A stretch of DNA of 64,000 nt from an uncultured Dehalococcoidaceae bacterium. Its GTDB lineage: Bacteria; Chloroflexota; Dehalococcoidia; UBA2979. The stretch lies in assembly GCA_964606125.1 (NCBI GenBank), contig CAZSFJ010000001.1:1409-65408 (forward strand), in the 5' to 3' direction. Each line of letters starts with the position of its first letter. Position 1 is the stretch's first letter. A model generated the notes under the pieces. The model was not told the origin of the DNA and searched no databases. It was given only the letters and a program-made list of their open reading frames with translations. Made by a program: the position numbers and the translations under genes. This document shows, in pieces, positions 29,514-38,897 of this stretch.

Positions 29514-30442
29514 TTAATGGTCCTCTCGTAAACCAAGGCAACCCAATCATTGATTGAATGGACTTCCTTCAGCAGTAATCTATTTTCTCGTCTGCGGATG
29601 AGTTTCTTGAGTTCGTTCACCCCTGACTCAAGGAAACCGGTCCCTACAATAAATCCTCCTTCTCGAGTTAGTTCGGTGATATGCGAAATGCCACCAGCGA
29701 ATACCTCATGCGACAGATTAGCAAAAGTTATATCAGCTGAATTTACTCCGATAGGAAATTTCAGGTCTGGTGGCAACAAAATATCGTGCTTCACGAACTC
29801 CATTTTGTTCAAAATCTTATTTTGTGTCGCATTAAACATAGCCACGTTGAGGGCTTGCTCGTCCACATCCAGGGCCACCGCTCGACCAGCTCCAAGAATC
29901 ACGGATGCTATAGCAATGATCCCTGATCCAGTCCCGACATCTAACACACATTCAGGTCCTGTTTCAGATGTCATTAATCTAGATAAAATCGAGAGGCAAA
30001 GCTGCGTCGTCTCGTGCAATCCACTCCCGAACGCAAGCCCTGGATCAAGAATTAATTCTACTTCACCCTCAGCGAGTTCTATCGGTATCCCACTAGCCCT
30101 GTGCACTAACCTCCCGTACCGAGTCACTGGGAAATCGATCAAATGTGCTGTCTCATTGGCTTCCGTTACAACTTGGAAACATTCGATAGAAGAATTTTCA
30201 TCCAAAATCAACAAACCCCTAAGCTTAGTCTGCAAAAAAGAGAGAGCTTGACTGCTATACCAACGGTCCGAAAAAAAAGTAATTGTACGAGTTTGGGCCG
30301 AATCTTCGATGTGTGTCCCAGTCGATAGATTTGCTTCCCGGAAAGGGACGTCCACAACAAATCCAAAAAATCCCTCCAAAGCCAGACATGCCATAAGGGA
30401 CTCTTGCATCTCCGCTGATGTCAATATTTTCGCAGAATACAT
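29510..30442 (-). CDS. prmA: Ribosomal protein L11 methyltransferase
   Basis: GSGLHETTQLCL...VLDVGTGSGIIAIA...ALDVDEQAL SAM-MTase motifs of PrmA. Conserved position after dnaJ. Confidence 0.8.
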   Translation of the reverse strand: MYSAKILTSAEMQESLMACLALEGFFGFVVDVPFREANLSTGTHIEDSAQTRTITFFSDRWYSSQALSFLQTKLRGLLILDENSSIECFQVVTEANETAHLIDFPVTRYGRLVHRASGIPIELAEGEVELILDPGLAFGSGLHETTQLCLSILSRLMTSETGPECVLDVGTGSGIIAIASVILGAGRAVALDVDEQALNVAMFNATQNKILNKMEFVKHDILLPPDLKFPIGVNSADITFANLSHEVFAGGISHITELTREGGFIVGTGFLESGVNELKKLIRRRENRLLLKEVHSINDWVALVYERTIN

Positions 30443-30453
30443 CTATAGATTTA

Positions 30454-31572
30454 TCAAGATCCGAAGACAGACCTTAGACGATCAAACATTGAACCTGCGT
30501 CGTTTGGGCGGTGCTCATCAGTAAGTGATTCACCCAGTTCTCTTATCAGATCTTCCTGATGTCCGGTCAAGCTTGTAGGTGTCACCACACGCACCTGCAA
30601 ATAAAGATCACCTCTCGACCTCCCCTGAAGGTCTGGCACTCCATGACCCTTCAATACATGTCGAGCTCCTGATTGCACCCCTGGATCCAAATCCAAGGCA
30701 ATTGATTCACCGTTCAAGGTAACCACATCAAGCTTCGCCCCTAAACTGGCCTCAACTATATTTAACTCACACTCGGTAACTAAATCTCTCCCATACCTTA
30801 CAAATCTGGAATGCTCGCGTACCTTAATTTCCGCATAGAGATTCCCAGGTTCGGCACCACGTGGGCCTTGATCGCCCTCACCACGAATTCGTAACGTTTC
30901 ACCGGTATCAATCCCCGCAGGAATTGACACAATTCGCTCTACTTCTGACTCAACCAGGCCTGTTCCATCACAGTCACCACAGGCATTGACAACCCGAGTC
31001 CCTTCTCCTCGGCAAGCGCCGCAGACGGTTACATTCACGAATTGACCAAATAATGATCTTTGAACTTGCCTGACTTCTCCGGTGCCACCGCAATCGCCAC
31101 AACTAGGACGATTAGCGCCATCAGACTCACCATTCCCCTTACAAGGTTGACATCGAATTACGCGCGAAAACTTCAGCTCGTGTTCGACTCCATCTAGAAC
31201 ATCTTCCAGCTCGACCTCAATAACAGTCCTTAGATCTGCACCCTGCTGAGGGCCGCTCCGACGAGCGCCAGTCGACCGAAAGAACGAGTCGAAAATATCA
31301 CCAAAACCGCCGAATCCAGCACCATCGAACCCCTGAGCTCCTGAATTCCCTATTCCAGCATGACCAAATCGATCATACTGTTGTCGTTTTTCTGGATCCG
31401 ATAATACTTCGTAGGCGGCCGACACTTCTTTGAATCTCACTTCGGCACCAGTGGATTGATTAACATCCGGATGAAATTCCTTAGCCAGCTGTCTATAAGC
31501 TTTCTTGATGTCAGAAGATGAGGCACCACGATCTACCCCAAGCGTTTCGTATAGGTCCGGAGCACTCGACAT
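30454..31572 (-). CDS. dnaJ: Chaperone DnaJ
   Basis: J-domain (DLYETLGV...HPD), Gly/Phe-rich region, and four CxxCxGxG zinc-finger repeats. Confidence 0.9.
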   Translation of the reverse strand: MSSAPDLYETLGVDRGASSSDIKKAYRQLAKEFHPDVNQSTGAEVRFKEVSAAYEVLSDPEKRQQYDRFGHAGIGNSGAQGFDGAGFGGFGDIFDSFFRSTGARRSGPQQGADLRTVIEVELEDVLDGVEHELKFSRVIRCQPCKGNGESDGANRPSCGDCGGTGEVRQVQRSLFGQFVNVTVCGACRGEGTRVVNACGDCDGTGLVESEVERIVSIPAGIDTGETLRIRGEGDQGPRGAEPGNLYAEIKVREHSRFVRYGRDLVTECELNIVEASLGAKLDVVTLNGESIALDLDPGVQSGARHVLKGHGVPDLQGRSRGDLYLQVRVVTPTSLTGHQEDLIRELGESLTDEHRPNDAGSMFDRLRSVFGS

Positions 31573-31604
31573 CTATCTCACCTCGAGCCAACTAATAAGT
31601 TGGT

Positions 31605-33500
31605 TTAAACTTCACGAAACTCACCCTCGATCGTATCATCATTATCTGGGGAAGTATCAGGCTCTGATGACTCTCCTGGGGCATTTTGTTCAGCCTGCGC
31701 TGTATAAACGGCCTGACCAATTTCCTGCAAGAGTGCTTCTAAAGCATCACTAGTCTCTATTATTTTTTCATCATTTTCGGACTCGAGAGCTTCTCTAACT
31801 ACACTTACCGCACTTTCAACCTGATCTTGCTGATCCTGAGTCACTATATCCTTGTTGTCTTCTATCAGTTTCTCGGCAGAGTAGGTCAGCGTATCAGCCT
31901 TATTCCGCGACTCAATCACTGCTTTCTTCTTAGCATCCTCTTCGGCGTATTCTTCGGCTTCTTTCGTGAGCCTATCGACTTCCTCGTCAGTTAAACCAGA
32001 CGAGGATTCAATAGTGATATGTTGTTCCTTACTGGTTGCTTTATCCTTAGCCGAAACTTTAACTATGCCGTTTGCATCAATATCAAAAGTCACCTCAATC
32101 TGAGGAACTCCTCGCGGAGCAGGCAGAATGCCATCCAGGGCAAATCTACCCATAGTTTTGTTATCTGTAGCCATAGGTCGCTCACCTTGGAGTACATGCA
32201 CATCTACTTGAGGTTGGTTATCAGCCGCTGTAGAAAAGGTCTCGCTCTTGCTCGTTGGAATAGTGGTGTTTCGCTGAATCAACGGCGTCATCACCCCACC
32301 TAGAGTTTCTATACCTAAAGTCAGTGGAGTCACGTCAAGGAGCAACATATCCTTCACATCACCCTTAAGCACACCAGCCTGAATCGCGGCTCCCATAGCC
32401 ACGACTTCGTCAGGATTAACCCCGCGATGCGGCTCTTTACCAAAGAATTCCTCGATTTGTTTCTGAACCAATGGCATTCGCGTCTGACCCCCAACGAGTA
32501 CAACCTCGTCAATCTCAGATGGCTTAAGACCAGCATCATCCAGTGCTTGTTTTACAGGGACAAGTGATTGACTGACTAATTCATCAGTCAATTTCTCAAA
32601 ATAACTACGTGAAATACTTCTCACTAAATGTTTTGGTCCTGAAGCGTCAGCGGTTATAAAGGGAAGGTTGACCTCAGTCTGTTGAGCAGACGATAATTCA
32701 ATCTTTGCTTTTTCGGCAGCTTCTTTTAGTCTCTGTAACGCAGCTCGGTCTTCCGACAGGTCTATCCCTTGCTCTTTTTTGAATTCGGCCGTCAAATCCA
32801 TAATTAGCACATTGTCGAAATCATCGCCCCCTAAAAATGTGTCACCATTCGTCGCCTTAACTTCGAAAGCGCCATCACCGATCTCTAGTACCGAGATATC
32901 AAAGGTGCCGCCCCCTAGATCATATACAGCGATAGTTTGGTCGGAGGCATCCTCACCTAAACCATAGGCAAGAGAGGCGGCGGTAGGTTCGTTGATTATC
33001 CTTAATACCTCGAGACCGGCGATTCTCCCTGCATCTCTGGTAGCCTGTCGCTGAGCATCATTAAAATAAGCCGGGACTGTTATTACAGCTTCGGAAACAT
33101 CTTCACCTAAATACGATTCCGCGTCAGCTTTGAGCTTACCAAGTATCATCGCACTGATTTCAGGGGGACTGTAGTTTTTGTCACCCATCTCTACACCTGC
33201 ATCGCCATTATCTCGACTACTCACCCCAAATGAGGCAATTGACATCAAGCGACTGGTCTCCTCATCTTCGAATTTTCTTCCCATCAATCTCTTCACGGAG
33301 TAAAGAGTGTTGTCTGAATTGGTCACTGCCTGTCTTTTGGCAACTGTCCCTACCAGTCGTTCACCATCTTTAGCTTCTGCAACAACCGAAGGGGTCGTTC
33401 TACCTCCCTCTGAATTTTCAATCACTCGTGCCTCGCCAGCTTCCATTACTGCAACACATGAGTTCGTGGTTCCTAAGTCAATCCCAATGACACGTGCCAT
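31605..33500 (-). CDS. dnaK: Chaperone DnaK (Hsp70)
   Basis: [32 protein letters not shown] Hsp70 signatures; 631 aa. Confidence 0.95.
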   Translation of the reverse strand: MARVIGIDLGTTNSCVAVMEAGEARVIENSEGGRTTPSVVAEAKDGERLVGTVAKRQAVTNSDNTLYSVKRLMGRKFEDEETSRLMSIASFGVSSRDNGDAGVEMGDKNYSPPEISAMILGKLKADAESYLGEDVSEAVITVPAYFNDAQRQATRDAGRIAGLEVLRIINEPTAASLAYGLGEDASDQTIAVYDLGGGTFDISVLEIGDGAFEVKATNGDTFLGGDDFDNVLIMDLTAEFKKEQGIDLSEDRAALQRLKEAAEKAKIELSSAQQTEVNLPFITADASGPKHLVRSISRSYFEKLTDELVSQSLVPVKQALDDAGLKPSEIDEVVLVGGQTRMPLVQKQIEEFFGKEPHRGVNPDEVVAMGAAIQAGVLKGDVKDMLLLDVTPLTLGIETLGGVMTPLIQRNTTIPTSKSETFSTAADNQPQVDVHVLQGERPMATDNKTMGRFALDGILPAPRGVPQIEVTFDIDANGIVKVSAKDKATSKEQHITIESSSGLTDEEVDRLTKEAEEYAEEDAKKKAVIESRNKADTLTYSAEKLIEDNKDIVTQDQQDQVESAVSVVREALESENDEKIIETSDALEALLQEIGQAVYTAQAEQNAPGESSEPDTSPDNDDTIEGEFREV

Positions 33501-33540
33501 ACTCTTTATTTCCTTTCAATTAATCTAACTTTGTAACAGC

Positions 33541-34092
33541 TCATACTTCGTTCCAGTTCGGTGATTCTTGTACGGGTTGGTCCCCATGATCTTCAGCTGT
33601 AACGTCCTCATCCTCTATTTCGCCTTCTCCAACCACTACTATCGCTGGGCGAATGAGTTTTCCCTGACTGGTATAACCGACGGCGATCAGTTCAAGAATT
33701 TTGCCGTCCGGGCCAGGAACAAGTGAGATCGCTTCGTGAGATTTAGGATCAAAGATATCGCCCACCTCACCGAACGTTCTGATCCCAAGAGAATCCAACG
33801 TATGCTCAAACTTTTGGACTCCTAAAACTAAACCCTGTACCCAAGGAGACTCCAGCTCTTCATCGCTGACCGAATTTTTGACCCTTTGCAAGTCATCTAA
33901 CACTGATAAAAATGGTTTTATCGAGTTCGTACGAGCACTGGAGATATCATCCACCATACGCCTCTGTAAATTTTGATAATCCGCCAGAGCTCTGAGAAGC
34001 TGTGACTTCACTTCTTCAAGTTCTTCCACACCTAGAACTGACTCCGATCCTGGTGATAGATCCAAGCTGGATTCTTCGTGTTCTTCGCTCAT
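33541..34092 (-). CDS. grpE: Nucleotide exchange factor GrpE
   Basis: 183 aa with a coiled-coil N-terminus, the RALADYQNLQRR motif and a C-terminal beta domain. Confidence 0.85.
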   Translation of the reverse strand: MSEEHEESSLDLSPGSESVLGVEELEEVKSQLLRALADYQNLQRRMVDDISSARTNSIKPFLSVLDDLQRVKNSVSDEELESPWVQGLVLGVQKFEHTLDSLGIRTFGEVGDIFDPKSHEAISLVPGPDGKILELIAVGYTSQGKLIRPAIVVVGEGEIEDEDVTAEDHGDQPVQESPNWNEV

Positions 34093-34097
34093 ACTAA

Positions 34098-35135
34098 CTA
34101 GTCCTCGACACTTCGACTTGGCCCTACCTGGTTAAGGCTTGACATCAAATCTGCCAAGTACCGGACACGAGGCAAAACATGTGCATAAGCCATGCGTGTA
34201 GGGCCCACTACTGCAATGACTCCTGCTTCTGCCGGCATTTCAAAGGAAGAGGCAACAATACTCCAGCCGCTCTTATTATTACTACTACTTCCAGGTCCAA
34301 TCACTATCCGTGTTGAAGTATCAGTTGACTTACCCATAACTCCAGTTATCACATTTTCCAGCCTGTGAAGACTCAGGTACCCCATGGCCTCCAACATACT
34401 CTCTTGATCGTTGAATTCAGGCTGCTGCAGCGCAACCTCCAGTCCGTCAATAAATCCATTACTCTCCGGACTATGCTCATGCATCAACGTTGCTATATGT
34501 CTGACAAACTCTACACGCAAAAGATCTGTTATCCCCTTAGCTGACTCTAATATTTTCGCCGCATCCGATCCTGCCAATAATTCATTGAGCCACAACGCGT
34601 GCGAATTCAGTACAGTCTGATCCAATGGAGGAATTATCGAGAGGGTTCGCTTCCTCACACTTCCATCATCCAAAACACATACCAAGAGAACGGATTCACC
34701 ATTTAGGTCTACGAGTTGGGTCTGCAACAATTTCTGTGACACTATCGGACGGTGCAGGACAACAGCAACATTCCCAACCCAGCTTGCCAATATCGAAGTC
34801 GTAAGCGGCAGCCACTCTTCGAGACTAGCTGCCACCTGATGAAGTTGATGTTCAACCGTAATACGTTCGGTATCGATTACCGGTTCCTCAAGCATTAGTT
34901 GCTCGACGTATGTCCGATAACCAAGCTCAGTTGGTACTCGCCCTCCAGAGGTATATGGATGCGTCAGGAGCCCATTATTCTCTAGAAGAGCAAATTCATT
35001 TCGAACCGTCGCAGGTGATACCCCAAGCTCGGATCGATTGGCCAGAAGCTTAGAAGATACCGGTTCAGCTGTCCGAATATACTCGCTGACTGCTAAAGCC
35101 AGAATTTCTGCTCGGCGCTCAGTTAAAGTTGGCAC
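34098..35135 (-). CDS. hrcA: Heat-inducible transcription repressor HrcA
   Basis: LTERRAEILALAVSEYI...SSKLL winged-helix N-terminus plus the HrcA C-terminal domain. Cognate CIRCE lies 58 nt upstream. Confidence 0.85.
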   Translation of the reverse strand: MPTLTERRAEILALAVSEYIRTAEPVSSKLLANRSELGVSPATVRNEFALLENNGLLTHPYTSGGRVPTELGYRTYVEQLMLEEPVIDTERITVEHQLHQVAASLEEWLPLTTSILASWVGNVAVVLHRPIVSQKLLQTQLVDLNGESVLLVCVLDDGSVRKRTLSIIPPLDQTVLNSHALWLNELLAGSDAAKILESAKGITDLLRVEFVRHIATLMHEHSPESNGFIDGLEVALQQPEFNDQESMLEAMGYLSLHRLENVITGVMGKSTDTSTRIVIGPGSSSNNKSGWSIVASSFEMPAEAGVIAVVGPTRMAYAHVLPRVRYLADLMSSLNQVGPSRSVED

Positions 35136-35192
35136 CTATTTCCCCCACCTAACCCGTGTTTTAGCTTGCTAATTAAGGTATAGCACCTTAGA

Positions 35193-35219
35193 TTAGCACT
35201 CTCGGGTTGAGAGTGCTAA
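35193..35219. promoter_or_regulatory. CIRCE operator (TTAGCACTC-N9-GAGTGCTAA), HrcA binding site
   Basis: Perfect 9-N9-9 inverted repeat, TTAGCACTC tcgggttga GAGTGCTAA, read directly from the sequence. It sits between hrcA and the divergent sigma-factor gene. Confidence 0.9.
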
Positions 35220-35222
35220 TCA

Positions 35223-35252
35223 AGTGTAAAACAGCTCACTCTCTCCGGTCAA
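35223..35252 (-). promoter_or_regulatory. Putative sigma-A-type promoter of the hrcA-grpE-dnaK-dnaJ operon (-35 TTGACC, 18-nt spacer, -10 TACACT), abutting CIRCE
   Basis: On the minus strand, TTGACC is at 35252-35247 and TACACT at 35228-35223. The promoter-then-CIRCE arrangement is the classical one. Hexamers were identified by eye only. Confidence 0.35.
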
Positions 35253-35313
35253 TTGAGCGAATTTGATATCCCTAAATATCATGGGCAAAATGATTTAACC
35301 TATACTTGCTGAT

Positions 35314-35847
35314 ATGACAAAGGATCCGGATCTCAGCCAACCTGAAGACGCCTTCTCGGTGCTTTACGAACTACTAGCACCTCGGGTATACCGGTATCTA
35401 CTCTCAAGAACTCCTACCGCCGACGTCGCGGAAGAATTAGTATCAACAATTTTCCTAAAAGCCTTCACAGCTCTTTCGACGTTCAACGGAAACGGGCAGA
35501 GAGCCTTTCAATCCTGGGTTATGACAATTGCCCATAATCAGCTAGCAAATTGGTATCGAGACACAGGACGGAAACCTATTCTGGGATCATTGGAGGATCA
35601 GGATTCGCTGGCAGTAACCACACCCAGCGCAGAAAGTTTGGCGGAAAAACATGAGCAACTAAATGAGCTACGGGCTGCAGTATCTTCTCTGCCAGAAAAT
35701 CAGCAATCTCTCATAACTATGAAATATATGCAGGGATTCACGAATGCTCAGATAGGCAAACATCTAAATAAAACGGAGGGTGCAATCAAGCAACTTAATC
35801 GTCGTACACTCAAAGCTCTTGAAGCTATACTTGACTCGGATATTTAA
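35314..35847 (+). CDS. ECF-type RNA polymerase sigma-70 factor
   Basis: 177 aa with sigma-70 region 2 (FQSWVMTIAHNQLANWYR) and region 4 HTH (LITMKYMQGFTNAQIGKHLNKTEGAIKQL). Confidence 0.75.
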   Translation: MTKDPDLSQPEDAFSVLYELLAPRVYRYLLSRTPTADVAEELVSTIFLKAFTALSTFNGNGQRAFQSWVMTIAHNQLANWYRDTGRKPILGSLEDQDSLAVTTPSAESLAEKHEQLNELRAAVSSLPENQQSLITMKYMQGFTNAQIGKHLNKTEGAIKQLNRRTLKALEAILDSDI

Positions 35848-35879
35848 TAGATTCACAAACCAGTCAAAGGAGCTGTCTC

Positions 35880-36857
35880 ATGTCCTTCTCTTGTCGAGTA
35901 GCCGGGTACGGCCATTCCTTACCCGAACGCATATTAACCAATGAGGAACTTTCGAAGTTAGTTGATACCAGTGACGACTGGATAGTCGAGCGAACAGGGA
36001 TAAGATCTCGGCATATTGCGGGAGATGCTGACTCTTCGAGCTCTCTAGGAGCTGCTGCTGCTATGGATGCTTTGCGGGTGGCTAACATAGATGCAAGTGA
36101 GATTGATTTGGTTATTGCAGCCACGTGCACCCCGGATGGGATGTTTCCCTCCACAGCTAGTAGAATTCAGCATCAAATTGGAGCTGACTGCGGGGCTTTT
36201 GATATCAATGCAGCCTGTAATGGCTTCATCACAGCCTTCTCTTCCGCGGCACAATTTATACATGCAAAAACGGCAAGTAAAGTGCTAGTTGTCGGTACTG
36301 AAGTACTTAGTCGCATCGTTGATTGGTCCGATCGAGGCACTTGCATCCTCTTTGGTGACGGGGCTGGCGCCGTAGTATTGGAAGCTACCGGCGAAGGTGA
36401 CCCTGGGAAAGTCTTTCCGCCATTTCTCGGTTCAGATGGAGGAGCAGGGAATCTACTGTATGCATGGGGCCCGTGCGCCTCTCCCTCCGAAGGGATTACC
36501 GAGGAAGCAAAAATCATTATGGATGGCCCTTCTGTTTTCAAATATGCGGTTGGAGCAATGGCTGGTGCAGTTGAGTCAGCTTTGGAAAATGCAAACAAAT
36601 CGCCGTCAGACATCACAATATGTGTCCCACACCAACCTAATGAACGAATAATACGTGCGCTGATGGAAAGGCTTGGACTCCCGATGGAGAAAGCTTTCAC
36701 CAACGTACAAAACTACGGAAACACCTCATCGGCATCAATTCCAATCGCATTGTCAGAGGCGAACAGTCACGGCAGAATTAGGTCAGGAGATTTAGTACTA
36801 TTTGTCGCCTTTGGTGGAGGATTAAACTGGGGTGCGGTACTCACAGAATGGGGATAA
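35880..36857 (+). CDS. fabH: 3-oxoacyl-ACP synthase III
   Basis: Catalytic Cys in DINAACNGF, His in VPHQPN and Asn in GNTSSAS are all present; 325 aa. Confidence 0.85.
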   Translation: MSFSCRVAGYGHSLPERILTNEELSKLVDTSDDWIVERTGIRSRHIAGDADSSSSLGAAAAMDALRVANIDASEIDLVIAATCTPDGMFPSTASRIQHQIGADCGAFDINAACNGFITAFSSAAQFIHAKTASKVLVVGTEVLSRIVDWSDRGTCILFGDGAGAVVLEATGEGDPGKVFPPFLGSDGGAGNLLYAWGPCASPSEGITEEAKIIMDGPSVFKYAVGAMAGAVESALENANKSPSDITICVPHQPNERIIRALMERLGLPMEKAFTNVQNYGNTSSASIPIALSEANSHGRIRSGDLVLFVAFGGGLNWGAVLTEWG

Positions 36858-36890
36858 ACACATTACTGTCGAGTCCCGTAAACTGTAGCC

Positions 36891-38180
36891 ATGGTCACAG
36901 ATAATCAAAATGAACCCCAAGATGAACCAAGAGTCGTTGTAACTGGAGTCGGAATCCTTTCGCCCCTTGGCAAATCATTGGGTGAAATCTGGCAGGCCTT
37001 AGAAAATAATGTAAGTGGCATCGGACCACTCACTCGATTTGATTCAGATACGCTGAAAAGCACATTAGCAGGTGAAATTTCCGAATCGAATCAAGTTGAT
37101 ACTCGGTTCAAGCCTGAATACTATGAACAACTCCGAAGACCCCAAAGATACAGCGTGTCAGCCGCGCTGTCTGCAGTGCAAAGTGCTGGCTTAGTTATTA
37201 CACCAGAAAACAGTGGCCAAGTGGCCTGCGTCATAACCTCAAACTCTTCTTTTACTGAGTCTGAATCCCCTTTGTCGGATGAAAATAGCATACACTCTGC
37301 GCATTCAGTTGCGGCATTAATGGGGATCTCTGGTCCGGTGATACCGCTAAACAGTGATCACTTGAGTGGTATCGAAGCTATCGTTGAAGCGACGGAATTA
37401 ATCAAGCGAAAGAAGGCCTTCGTTGCGATTGCAGGGGCCACCGACGCTCGCATAGATCGTAGAAATTTTGAAATCAATGAGTCACTTGGGTTACTCTCCA
37501 CCAAATACAACGATAATCCAGCATCTGCCAGCAGACCTCTCGAACGTGACCGGGACGGGTTTATTATGGCTGAAGGCAGTGTGGTGTTTATACTTGAAGC
37601 TCTAGAAGTCGCCGTTACTCGAGGGGCCAAAATCCTAGCCGAAATTGAAGGATCTGCACTCACCTTCTCTCCTGGCAAAGAAGGTTCTCCCGATACAGAC
37701 CCGATCTATATTGGAAGAGCCATTCAGGGAGCGCTGATCGCCTCAGGAAGAATCCAATCGGAGGTGGATGCTGTCATGTTAGACGCCAATGGAAGTGTAA
37801 TGAACGATGCACATGAAGCGAGGGCGATCCATCGAGTATTTGGCAGTGCAGCAAGACATCACATGTATACACCCGCCTTGAAATCTCATTTTGGTGATGT
37901 AGGTGCCGCCTCAGGACCACTCAGTATGGCAATTACTCTTGAGGCAATGAACAAACAAATGATCCCTGGTACTAGAAATTTAGAGAACGAAGATGAAGAT
38001 ATCGATTTGGATGCCAATCCCAATGGGACACGGGCAGACGCGCTGCGAGTAGTAATGATCAATTCGATTCATGCAAGCCAAAATGCCACAATCGCGATTT
38101 GTGATCCGACTGCGATGAGACAAATTCCAGAAAACTTCAACATCCCTGACGAACCGACAATACCAGAACTAGATATATAG
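36891..38180 (+). CDS. Beta-ketoacyl synthase (KAS I/II)-fold protein with a non-canonical active site
   Basis: N-terminus RVVVTGVGILSPLGK matches FabF. At the active-site Cys position it has PLNSDHLSG instead of ATACTSG, and the His-His positions are altered. See findings. Confidence 0.65.
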   Translation: MVTDNQNEPQDEPRVVVTGVGILSPLGKSLGEIWQALENNVSGIGPLTRFDSDTLKSTLAGEISESNQVDTRFKPEYYEQLRRPQRYSVSAALSAVQSAGLVITPENSGQVACVITSNSSFTESESPLSDENSIHSAHSVAALMGISGPVIPLNSDHLSGIEAIVEATELIKRKKAFVAIAGATDARIDRRNFEINESLGLLSTKYNDNPASASRPLERDRDGFIMAEGSVVFILEALEVAVTRGAKILAEIEGSALTFSPGKEGSPDTDPIYIGRAIQGALIASGRIQSEVDAVMLDANGSVMNDAHEARAIHRVFGSAARHHMYTPALKSHFGDVGAASGPLSMAITLEAMNKQMIPGTRNLENEDEDIDLDANPNGTRADALRVVMINSIHASQNATIAICDPTAMRQIPENFNIPDEPTIPELDI

Positions 38181-38223
38181 TTCTTCATCTATGATGGAGA
38201 AAGACTAAAAAACGAGGTGTCAC

Positions 38224-38895
38224 GTGGAAATTAGTTGGATTGGTCATAGTTCCCTTAGGATTCGCGGACGTGAAGCGACCGTAGTTATCGATCCTTGGGA
38301 CAAAAAAACTTTTGGCACAATGAGTCGACCAAAAGCACACCTTATATTGAATTCGAGGTCTGGCGACCCACTTTCTTCGGGGAATGAGCAGGTAGCCCCG
38401 GCAGGGGATCAATCACCGACCGTTTTTGATCGACCAGGTGAATATGAGATATCTGGAGTGCAAGTTGAGGGCTACATGAACCTGGTTCCGCCCGCTGATA
38501 GTGAGACTGATTCAGAAACCTCTCAGGCCGCGGCTGACGGCACTTCTTGGCTCATTAAATTGGAAGGGGTATCAATAGGAGTTTTAAGTGGCCTCAAACA
38601 CGCGCTGCCTACCTCTGGTAAAGGGCTTTTCACCAACGCCGATGTCATCCTTTGTCCAATCGGAGTGACAGAATTAATACCACAAGAAATAATGGTTAAA
38701 ACCGTACGGGAAATCAATCCATCAATAGTTATCCCATACGGTTACAGCAGTGAAAAAGATGGAAATCTAACGGCGTTTGTTGGCGCCTTTGGCAGCTCGG
38801 TGTCTGATGCCGTTGATAGTCTGACCATAGCAAGTAAAGACGTTGGACCAGATATCAGCCTACAAATCCGCTATCTCCAAGCGAAGTTTAGTTAG
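38224..38895 (+). CDS. Metallo-beta-lactamase-fold (UPF0173-like) hydrolase
   Basis: 223 aa, ISWIGHSSLRIRG..VVIDPW; fold-level similarity only. Confidence 0.5.
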   Translation: MEISWIGHSSLRIRGREATVVIDPWDKKTFGTMSRPKAHLILNSRSGDPLSSGNEQVAPAGDQSPTVFDRPGEYEISGVQVEGYMNLVPPADSETDSETSQAAADGTSWLIKLEGVSIGVLSGLKHALPTSGKGLFTNADVILCPIGVTELIPQEIMVKTVREINPSIVIPYGYSSEKDGNLTAFVGAFGSSVSDAVDSLTIASKDVGPDISLQIRYLQAKFS

Positions 38896-38897
38896 CA

